A stretch of DNA of 48,066 bases from Pelomyxa schiedti. Taxonomy: Eukaryota > Protista > Evosea. The notes under the pieces were generated by a model, which was given only the letters and a program-made list of their open reading frames with translations, searched no databases and was not told where the DNA came from. The DNA is taken from assembly GCA_020536535.1 (NCBI GenBank), contig JAHLWZ010000011.1:1-48066 (forward strand), written 5' to 3'. This document shows, piece after piece, positions 24,001 through 36,000 of this stretch. The number at the start of each line of letters is the position of its first letter. The stretch's first letter is position 1. The translations under genes were made by a program, and so were the position numbers.

Positions 24001-27000
24001 TGCAGCAAAAACTTTTCCCTGCAACATCAATTCCCACTCTCCAAGAGTTGATAACAGAATTTAATGACGCAGAACTTCAGACAGAGCAGATAAAACGGGT
24101 TTGGTTGTGGCTCCTGCAGCGAGCACGGTTGCAACTGCCCACTGTCTCTGATGTGGATGTACTTGCCACATTGTTCCAGTTTGTGCACCTAATCATTTGA
24201 AGGCTAAATCTGACCCCCTTGCTGTAATCCAACGTTATGTTGATGGTTGTAAATCTCACCTTCATTCACTCGGTTTTCCTGATGTCTTTGATGCAGTAAG
24301 CTTTCTTATTACAACATTCTACAACTAAATGGATGTAGTTGAACTATTTTTTGGAAAAAAAAAGTACCTATTTTGATGCCTTAATTGTGCCGAAAATCCG
24401 GAAGTGCTATGTACCTTCTTGGTTAAATATTCTGTACTGATGGGATTTAGACTAATGCTGTTCCCCTTGACCAGGGGCAGCAACTGGCTCGCTTAATTAG
24501 TGCCACTCTGGGAGATCTCCGCAAATTTATTTCTGGTAGTGTGTGCCTTGATCAGGTCAGTATGTTGATTGTAAGCTCTGTCTAACAAATTACTAGATCA
24601 AGCAACTTGATAAATCAGGTGCTAGCAACCCCGTCGATGAGGGGGCTATTCTGTAATTCCGTTTTGTTGTTCTTCTTTTCCTTATCCCGGCTTAGAACGG
24701 ACTGGTTTGAGAAGCACTCAGTTGGACTATTTGAACCTATGGCTTATGATCGTCAGATCCTCAATGATGCCCGGGAATTAGTGAACTATTTGGAAAATAT
24801 ACCAGCTGTCTGTGAATGTTGCCATCAATGGAAAATTTCTAAGGGCTCCCGCAAGCTACTACAGAATGAATTGCACTTGTTGACCAGTGAAAATTTTGTA
24901 ACTTGACCTTTAACTCTGTTTTTTCTTTCTTATAATTACAGATGTCAAGGGAGGAATGTAGTGGCAAATTAAGGTTTCTACAACAACAGCTTGGGGAAAT
25001 GACACCATCTCAAATGTTAGTCTTTAAATCCTTCAGTTTGATAGAAGATGTGCTGGATTGGTATCGAACAGTATGTACAGACTAGATATTGCATATTAAT
25101 CTAAACAAATGTGCAGTTTAAGTCAGACAAAGACTTCCAGGACAAAGAAGATTTTGTGAGAGCTGACACCCAAGGGTATTTTTTTTCTTATTTTCCCTGA
25201 GAAATAAATAAGCTTGTAGATGGAAATTTGGGCAAGATCTCTCAAATTGTGTTGCTCGTGTCCGACCAGCCATTGTCACATTCCAACAAGTTCTTGACCT
25301 ACCAAACCGTAAAAGTATACCACTGAGAGAGCTGTGTGTCAGCCTTGTACGTACCATGGGGCCGGTGGGTGAATTCCAGAAGAATTTGGATGCCATCCAT
25401 GAGAATCTCCCTCGAATCAAGGTGTTATTTACACAGTCGAAAGGACTTAATCCAGATGCTCTCCTGCCTTGTAAAATTCAGTTTTTCAAGATTGTTTTGT
25501 GATCCTTCAATAGACATCAACCAGCTACGCCAGAATGGCCGATACAAGAGCTCTCTATCACTTCACAGAAAAGGGGAATCTTTAGTTTTACTGCAGGACC
25601 AAAAAGAGGAATCAAGATCTTACTTAATAAACCTCATGAGGGCAATGAAAATATTTATTGACAGTTCAGGTTTTCTCCCATATTGGTAGCACACAAATTA
25701 TCTTACAACTTGCTCAGAGAAAGGTGCGGAGACAAATATCTCAGAGTTTATTCAACTCTTTAATTGTGCGGAGGTATCTTTCAATGTGTTACAACCTTTT
25801 TTACCTGTAACCACTATGTACGTTTTCTTCAGGAAATCCACCAAGGGCGTCTTCGTCTTGAGGCATTAGGACATCCTAACTTTCAAGGCTCAGAGGATTT
25901 TTTAAATGACGTGGGTGAATTGAATTCAGTTGAGAAGCTTACTGCCACATCAATAGAGGTTCCACAGTTCACTCAGTGCTCAACTGATTCTCTCAAAAGA
26001 TTAGGAACACTTTGAATGAATGGAAGGGTGCAATTGAGGCACTTCATGAGGTCCTTAACTTACTTTTTTTTGATTTGGATTCATTTATATAGGAACCAAG
26101 ACTGAACTTTTTATCTGGAAGACAGCTGACACAATTTGGTGCCACTCTGTCTATGGTTACTGATCCTGGTCTTGGGCAGGACTTTGTTGCAAGTCAAGTC
26201 GCATCATATGTATGGTACTGCTTTCCAGAGCGAACCATTTCTGCCCACACGTCATACCAGTGTGTATGTACTGCACTAAGCTTGATGGGGGGTGTGCCAA
26301 CTGGTGGTTGGACTCCCCTTTCCACACTTACACTTGTTCATCAATTCGTCAAAGAACTCGCACAACACAGCAACCCCGGCCCCAACTCCCCTGAAACAGC
26401 CAATGATATTTCCATTGTCTTGGCAGAGAAGTTTTCTCCACATGGGATCCTGTTTTTATTATTTGAGCTTTTCCACTTGACTAGACCACATCCATCGTTG
26501 ATACTTTATGCAAGAACCGCTTCACATAACGATTTAGAGCGTTTCCTGAAGTGTGTCACTCTTTTTCCTCATCTCATGTTTGCTCTTGTTGGCGTGAATG
26601 AAATGCCTGAAGATATGAGAAAAGTATTGTACAAATGGGTAAATGAAGTGACAACAGGCACTTTGGAAGGCAAGGAGGGGAATAATAAACTCAGCAACAA
26701 CTACGGGAAAATGGTACTAATCTTCACTGAGAGAGTGGGCATTGATATATTCATGTCATTTGACACCAAGTATCAAGAAAACGTTCTGCCAGATGTGTTT
26801 GCACGACTGGAGACATCAAATGAGCTATCATTGCAAGCACTATGTAGAAACAGCTTACATGTGCAGTGTTACACAGGTAAAGAAAGGTCAGGAAAAACAA
26901 CAGAGATCAGACACAAAATGGATTTGCAAAAAACTCCCAACACGAGAAATCTCTTCCTTGCAATCCAGGAGGGATTCTCATTGTCCAACCTGTTGAACTC

Positions 27001-30000
27001 CTTGGAGATTATTGAAAAGTGGGCCAGGGAGCTCGAAGGGGAATGCCAGGTCAATGTTCATTTTGATATCAGTGCCTACGCCAATCTTCCTCCTGTTGCA
27101 ATACTGTTCTTCAACTTGGTTGTGTGGAGAACCGTGTGTGACCCCAGCACAGGAAGAATTTTCCATCTTCCCTGTGCCACCAAAACCAGTTTCTGTAAGT
27201 GGACACTGTTTGTAGAAGTGTCTGCTGCCCCAAAGAGTGATGCTCTTGAGGGATTTGGGCAAGAAACAACAGAGAAAGTCTTAGAGCACATTCCAATTTT
27301 GTGGTATCTGTGTCATTGCCGCATCCCAGAGGACTCACAGATTCAAGTGTCCAACTGCACACTACCGTTCATTGTTGATGAAAATGCCTTACTTGTTGCC
27401 AAGTGTCTCCATTTCTGTAGTGATCTCTTTGCTGAGGCATCCCTCCCTCAATTTTTAGATTCTGTTGAGGCAGTACCAGCTTTTGATTTTAACCAGGAAC
27501 TAGCTCATTTTTTTTCTCTCAAGAAGGACATGAATGATATTCAAAGACAAAAACACTTTGTTGAATTGCTCAGTGAACGCTGCCAGTGGATTGTGCAACA
27601 GGCAAGAGAGCGAGTCAAAAGCAGCGTCACAGGAGTCCATCAACCTCCCCAGTTTACTCTGCAAATCCTTTTCAACTTCCTCGTGGAGGAATGCTACAAG
27701 CTATGTCGAAGGACTCTTGACTCAGAAAAACAATTTTATGTTACTAGGGAAAGCCCAAGTGCGGCACATCATAGAGTCAAAATTGATGAACTGAGCACCT
27801 CCCCCCCTCCTGCTATTCTTGCCTTCATGGCAAGGAGAAAGTTTCAACCCCCCAAAAAAATGGATATAATAGATACCGAGATCGAAAACCTCAACACTCG
27901 GCTCATGAAAGAATTGGGATTGACCTTTGGTGTTAAAGACCTTAAATCTATTTTAGACAAGCAGCACTACGTTCTGACCCCTGACTTTGCTCTCAAACTA
28001 CTTCTTGTCTATGACCATATGCTTGCAAAACAGAATTTAACACTTTGTGGTGGAACGGGGACAGGAAAAAGTGAACTGATGAGGGTGTTCTGTGAAATTG
28101 TAAACTCACATAGCCAGCTTGTTCCTGATATGGCAAGAAAGATACACCGTTTTCTGTTTTATAAGCTACCAATTAAAGTTCTGTCCCAAGCAGAGGTAAC
28201 ACATTTCTGACAACCATTGAGTACTCCTAACTTCACCACAAGGTTGAAAGATTCAGGCCTCATTGTACGGATCACACAATGGCAGCAGCCAAATTTACTG
28301 AGGTTGTCAGCGAAATGTGCCACCTTCTAAAAGAAGGGCAACCTGTGTTGCCACTTGTGGTGAATGCTACAGTTGAATACATAAAAGAAAAACTGGGATC
28401 AAAGAAATACCTCTGCAAGACTGACCCACTTGTAAAACTTCTCAGTGCAGCAGCACCACAAGCAATCTCAGAAGTAGACTTCCTACAAGGCCTGCTGGAT
28501 TGTCGTAATGCCAAATTCAACTCCTTCTTCCATCGCATAAAAATGCATCAACGAATCACGGCAGATGAATTTCGAAATCATATACAGCAGGCCGTTACTG
28601 CTGCTGAAAATCTCCCAAGCAAAGCTCGTATTGTATTCTTTATTGACGAATGCACTTCTACATCCCTCCTGGGGATGGTGAAGGAGGTGTTATGTGATCA
28701 TCGCCTAGATGGTGCCCCTCTTCCTACTCAGATTTTTTTTGTTGCTGCCTTAAATCAAAATCGCGATGAAGATTCTTCTGCATCCTCTCCATCAAGCTTC
28801 GTGCCAATAAGCTTTGAAGGGGTGGACCACGGCATGATTCAGTCTTTTGCAGTTCGCCCTCCACCCTTGTCTCTGAAGAAGCTCTTAGTGGATTTTGGGA
28901 AACTCAACATGCAACAAGAGAGAAGTTTCACTGCTGGTTTGATTGAAAGCCGGCTCATGCGCACCAATCTCTCGGAGCACGACAAACATCTCACCCACTT
29001 GATATTGATGGCACAAGACTTCGTCAACAAAGCGCACATCCCCCGAGTTACTGCAAGCATACGAGACATCATGCGGGCCGTTGATCTTTATTCATATTTT
29101 TCTGGCCATACCCGATTTATGCATGAACTTCCTTCTGAATCAAAAGAACGAAAGAATTTGGAACACTGGCAAGCACTGGTAGGTCTTCTTCATGCTCACA
29201 CATTTTTTCACATTCTCAAAGGCTTTATCCATAGCAATGACTTACTACTTCAGACTTCCATCCCAAGATTTTGTTTCGCAAGAGGCAGCAAGAGCTCGTT
29301 CAGATCCGCATCTTTCTGCATTTCAGTCGCTAAAGCCCATCCCTGTTGAGTGCACAAGGGAAGAGTTCCGTAAACACTTAGAATCAACTCTCAAGGCCAG
29401 AGAATTTCACAATGTACCTGATAGACTCTTCAAGTACGACGAATTCTTGGGAAAAGTTTTGGAACAGCTATGTGATAATACTTCACTTCCACCCGGGATT
29501 GCCAAAACGAGAGCATTCATGGAAAATCTCTTTTGTACTGTGGTGTGCCTTGATGCCAAGATACCCCTGATCATTGTTGGTCCACCGTATGTTAACCTCT
29601 TCTTGTTTTAGGGGTGGAAACAGCTTTTTCTCTAAATAACTATTGCAGAGGGTGCTCCAAAACTCTGAGCTTTAAGATTGCTGTTGATAATCTGAAAGGA
29701 AAGAGTTCTATGAAACCTTTCTACAGATCACTGCATCACATAATACCCTACAGGTTGAACTGCTTCCCTGCCTTTTTTCTCATTTTTCTTCAACAGGTAC
29801 CAATGTAGCGAACAGTCCACAGACACAGAAATTAAATCTGTTTACAAGTCAGCAACTACAAGGCAGAGCGCGATAACCTCAGATTCAGATGAACTGTGTG
29901 CTGTACTGCTAGACGAGGTTGGATTGCCCGATGAAAAGCTATCCCCTCTTAAGGTTGACTGCTTTTTTCTTCCATAGTTATAACAATACATACTATTAGA

Positions 30001-33000
30001 TACTGCACTACAGACTTGATCATCCAAAGGTTTCTTCAGTATTGCTTTCCAACAAGATTCTCGATGAAGCAAAAACAAATCGTACCCTCATGCTTCTCCA
30101 AAGTGAACCACCAACACACGACCTTGAGGTTCTTGCACAAGGCAAGCAGTCTATTTAAAGACAAGATACCTAGGAAATCTAACATTGCAGTAAAGGTTGC
30201 ATATATGGGAATAATATAGAGACAGTTCCAGCAAGCACCAAAGAACTCCTTTCCGCTTTATGTGCAGCATACCGAGAAGAAGTTGCGAAGCTCTATGGGT
30301 CACCATATCCAAGCCGCTTCTTTCATCTACGTGACTTTGTGTACTTCTTGCGTTACCTTGGCAAGCATTGTGCAAGTGACATTTCTGGGACAGGAATGTT
30401 TAGTCTCACAAAATCTCATGTTTTCCATGGCCTGAGGCGAAACTTTGGGGGATTAGAAGGACCCCAATTCATTTCACTTGTGGGCAATTTCTTCTCGAAG
30501 ATAACGAGCGTACTGAAGAGATATGGCCAAGAACCGTGGGAACTTAGTCAATCTGAAATCCCTCACACTGAAGTTGACATGATCAAAGAGAGCCTGGGTG
30601 AAAAACTGAATGATGACGAAGATCCCAATACTGCCCCTTTTAGATATATCATGCTTGTACATTCCTTTTTCCTCTTTTTTTCCCCTAAGCTACCTGCAAC
30701 ATTTCCTAGCTCGATCCAACGGAGAACGGGGAGGCAATAGATCTACTTTTTGACCTTGGACTCTGTCCCCGAGCAACAACCTCAGTGTGCTATGTTGGTG
30801 ACTTCAGGGGGGATAACGACCAACGAGTACGTGCAAGTGTAGTTGAGAAAGTCAAAACAGCCATGGTGAAAGGTTCAGGCAGCTCTATTTTTGGTGATTT
30901 TTATACGTTTACAGGTGAGACGATCCTTCTTGTGAATTCTGCCAGTATACACAGTTCGTTTTATGATGTGTTCAATCGGCATTACACTGTCATTCCAACC
31001 ACAACTAACAATGTCACATCAAATCTCTGTTACGCCAATCTTGCTGCTGGTTCTTTTTCTCATCCATGTCTTGTACACAACAACTTCCGGGTTATTGTCC
31101 ATATTCCCAAGTCTTCTTTGCAGAAAATTCCAACCCCCTTTCTCAATCGCTTTGAAAAGTACACTTTGAGTATTGAGGATGCCCTCTACGAGTATTTAAG
31201 CAAAGTGCCAATCGTGATCAATGAGGAGAAACAAAATCCTTTCAACTCTTTGAAAGATTCACTTATTGAGACTGTGCACCAACTTCATGTTGTTTCGTCC
31301 AACTCTCATCTATTGTACGGAGTAGAACCCAAGGAAACTGTTTGCTCCCTTATGTTGAATACCGTAGAACGTACTTTCCCGATGTGTCTGAATATGATTG
31401 GAACTCAACAAGACTTACCACCTCTGGAAAATAACTATGCTTCCTATATACCACAATTTCCACCACTCCTTGGATGTTTCCCTGCAAAAGATACAGAGGC
31501 CAAAGCCTCACAATTTGCAGCAGCAGAGCACTGGTGGCAGAATAAACAGAAGTACATTGCAATGGCCAACACACACATACTGCAGTTGGCTCGACCAGAA
31601 AGCATCCATTTCCTTAAAAAAAAAATTCCATCCTATTACCTCGAAGCCTACCTCCTTTGGCAAGAGCATTTCTCCTTGTGCAGATTCATCAGTACCCTAG
31701 TTTCCAAACACTGGGAAAAACCACATGAAGCTGCTGACTTGCCTGCGATACAACAAGTCCGCTGTATTCAAAAGTGGGGGATTTTTATGAGAACAAGTGC
31801 CGAGCTCTTGAAGCTCCCGAATGACCACCAGATACAGGAAGCAACCCTTTCAAGTCTCCGAGAGCATGGCATCATAGAGAGCGGGCACAGAATGGAGGAG
31901 TACGTGCAAGTCTTATCTCTCACTGAGATGGCCTCAAGCCAAGACTGTGCTGATCAAGTGAGATCTTTTTGCTGCAAGCCTCTGGGTTGCCTGCTTATTT
32001 GTGTTGCGGATCTTGCCGTTGTTACACCCAACCAGGTCAATTTCCTCCGCAATGAGATTAATGAACAGTGGAAAGAATATGAACCCCAGGTGGTTGTTGA
32101 AGGCGTGCGCCCTTCAAAACCTCAAAAACAAAGAATTGCCATCGTGGTGCTACATTTCCCTCCTGAGATTGGCTTGAGAAAGGAGTGCTGTTATCAGGCG
32201 ATTTTTCTGAAGGCCTGGGACTTCACATACATTGACTCACTTGGTGTGTCTTCAGCCACCGGCGCTGCTTCCCCCATTATTGAAGCAGATCCAAAAACGT
32301 GGATGGCAAAAGCATTCCGACTTGAGGCAAAACTGGGTAAGGACCTACATCAAACCCAGATATCCGAAATGAACATGTTCAAAGACTTTTTCTTCGATCT
32401 CCTCCGCCAATTTTGCACTCTCATGCATGGAAATGGGTTGGTTGGTGGCAGTGGATTCGAAAATCAGGATGCTCAGGCATTTTATGACAAGGACAATTCC
32501 AAAAAGACACCCGACGATGTAGCTGAGATGAGATGTAATATAATCACGTCTCTGTTCGAAGAAAAACCCTTTCTCTATCGGGACATAATCCAGAGGTTTG
32601 CACAGTCATGGACTCCACAGTTCTTGCATGCCCTCGTTCAACAAGCAAGCACCACGTTGTATCGTGGTGTTAGCATAACGAGCTTTGTCAGTATTTTGTC
32701 GTCATCATTGCACACATTCATGACACCCCTTTTATCTTCAACTCTGAGGATGATACTCTCCTCCTACAATTTGCATTCGGTTCTTCTAATGGACAGCAAA
32801 GATAGTGAACTGATAGAACTTGTGCACAGAATTTTCACGACTGTGCCGATACCAAAGATGACACCAGAGGTGATAACAAACGCAAGACGTGTAATCCCAA
32901 TGGTGGACATTTGTCGCATGCACGCTTTTCCGCCGCGCCTTGCATTCTATGATATAGTAGCAACACTGGTAACAAATAAAATTGGACATGCCTGCAGGTC

Positions 33001-36000
33001 ACTACGTGATCAACACCGAAATGCACAAATTGTCTTCCAAAAGGTGTCAGAATCTATAGCCGAGGATGGAAATCTCAACTCCATTCTTGAACACATCGAG
33101 AACCATCCTCGTCTGTTTGAGTGGTTCAAGTATGACTTTATCACTCGCAGTCTGAAAATAACCTCTCTCCATTCATCCCGTTTCGAAGTTTTTTGCGACA
33201 GCAATTACTCAAAGCAAGAGATAAGAGAGAAATTAGAGCAATTTGAGAAGCTTATGCTTAATATTGTTCAGTCTTACAAAGTGACGCTGCAGGAAAACAT
33301 TGTCAATCTATTCATAGTCAGACGTTTTCATGCAGATGAAATCAATTACTTCAGCCAACTTGTTTTACCCCTGCAGTTAATGCACCCTTCACTGTCTGTG
33401 AAAGATTGGCAAGTTTTCAAAGTACCATCCTTCAAAACTGTGTTGGAGATGGAAAAATGGGTTACAAAGCAGTCTGCACAGTTGCTTTTCAAAAGGCTCC
33501 GTGGCATTCTGGAACTCCAAGCTCCAGAAGATAATAATAATAAAAAAGAGATGATTAGTAATTGGGGAAAATGCTATCGATGGTTCTATTCATCTCTCAA
33601 GCCCCGCAGTGAGCTCAGCAGCCTCTTATCCACAGAAATCGAGACACTTATGCAAATTGATGCAATGCATGTACTCTTTCTTGTATTGCTCAACAGTGAC
33701 AATGTCTTTGATTTATCATGTCCGTTCCTTCAAAATCCCACCACCTCTGGGTTGCTGCAAGCCTTTTCTGGGAAGAAAAATACTCCAGCTGAAAGGTTAA
33801 GGGAAGGCCTGAAACTTGCTTCACAGCTTTTACCCGACCCTCCACTGCCTCACCACACACAAATCCCTCACAGCCTAGAAAGTATTGCGGAGTATCTTCT
33901 ACAGGAAACTCCGAAGAACTCTCATGTTATGAGTAATGACTGCAGTGACAACATTTCCATATTTCTTGAGGTACCTTCCAAGCTCTCCTCACCATTTTAC
34001 TAATGAGGAATGGAGATCTGCAGTGACACGCTCCCAGACTTCGATACAGATAAGAAGCTGAAATATTACTGTAATGCCCTTACCGCCAACGTTGGTTGGG
34101 TTTCTAATTTCCTTGTGACATGGATAAAAACAAAACCTCAACAATGGAGGGAGCCCTTTTTTGCCTTGCTCGCTTCTGTATGATATGATAACAGATTTTA
34201 AAATACCTGCCCTTTGACCAAACAAACAAATATAGGTGATTGCCCAACGACCAAACTTCAATAGAGACACCTATACAACCAAACCGGACCTTCTGTCACC
34301 TGCACGCATTTCCCCCACGTTCTCCCCTCTTGATTTCTATCTGTTCCACTTCCTCACTTGCCTGATGGATGTAACCGTGCGCCGTGGCTCAGATCCACAG
34401 AACGAAGCTAAAACTGCCTCTCAGTCCTCCTTAAAGGAGGTTGTGGACTATTACTTGCAACTCCAGTCCATTAACGTCTGGGAGACAGGTTGACATCCCA
34501 AATCCACCCCCTTGCCCTGCTCAAAATGAAAATCAGACGTAGAGTTTATTCTCCACCACCACAAGAAAACTGTATGTCAGGCTCTCATTCTCAAAAAAGC
34601 GGCGGGGCTATTGGATACCTCAAACAAACGAGTAACTTTACTTGACCAAGTAACAGGCCTTGGAGAACCTACCCTTGGCATCATTTCCCAGGTTAGTTCC
34701 AATTTGCATTTTCCGGACTCTAAAAATCAAACGAAGGTTCTAGGCTCAAATTCTCTCACTGACGGTAAAGCCTATTTCATTGGTGCACTTCCAAATGATT
34801 TCACTGCTCTGGAGCTGATACGATTGCCCAAAGAAACCTTACAGCAATTGAATATTGTTGAAATGTATCTTACTCCATGAAAGTGTGGTTGGTAACTCAC
34901 GTGTTGAATAAAGGAGCACCACTGAAGATGTTACGCTCCTGGATACCGCTCGATTCTCTTTCACCCTTGCAGACATACCAGCAGATTTTGCACAAAAAAG
35001 GAGTAGCATCACACGAGACAAGTCACCACAAATTGAATCTTCATTTGTTGAACTACAAAGAACCTACCTCAAAGTTTCTACAGGCTTTCAAGCCAACTCA
35101 CTTGAAGAAGTCATACAACAAGAAATGTCCCAGGATAATGCCAAGCAAAGTAGCAACTTTCTGTGTCCACACAGTTCTAATGCCCTTACACAGGCCACTT
35201 GAAGTTGTGTCTTATTTTGGGCATCTACTATGAATGTGTACTGGCAAATCGACAGTGCGACTCATTGGACTCTCGCATCAAGATCTGGAGGAATCTTCTC
35301 TCTCTGTCAGCTCTGGAAGTCGACGGAATACAATTTATAGCGGGTTTGAACAACTTCATCAAGAACGAAACCGCGGTCTCTGTATACTTTTCTGATCCCA
35401 GAACAGCCAGTAAAATTCTGTTGTTTTGGCAATATTAATTTCACCTTTTCAAAAGTCTTACTTGTCAGTGTATTGGCCATTGTTACGAGTTTCCCGGCAG
35501 ACCACCTCCTGTATAAACAGATATATAATACCAATTCGTTGAAGGGTCTTTTCAATGGTTTTCCTTCAACGGCATTGTGCAAGGACGTTCCAAGGTAAAT
35601 AACTCGTTGTGGAATCATGACGTTTGACAGAAACAAGGTATAAATTGATCCTAGATATTATTACCTGGGGTACTCTTTGTTGGGCTCTCATTCTCGACCC
35701 CACTTCCCACCAACACATTCAGAAGTGGTTTTTCTCTGGGGAAAATGAAACTCCTTCAACGGGTTCTGCCATACCTCAGACGCTTCAGGCCTCAGCTTTA
35801 CACAATTTTACTGACGCTGTAAGTGCTCTAGAGAACGATACAGACACAAGACAAATGGTGCCACTGAATGACTCCCTTGTCATCTCATTGTTTTTTTTTT
35901 AGAACCTTGATGCCTCTCATTATTTCACAGAATCACTACTGTTCCTCTGGCAGGTTACAGCCCACTCTACATCTTGTTCGTTGCAAATTTCTTTTTAGTT

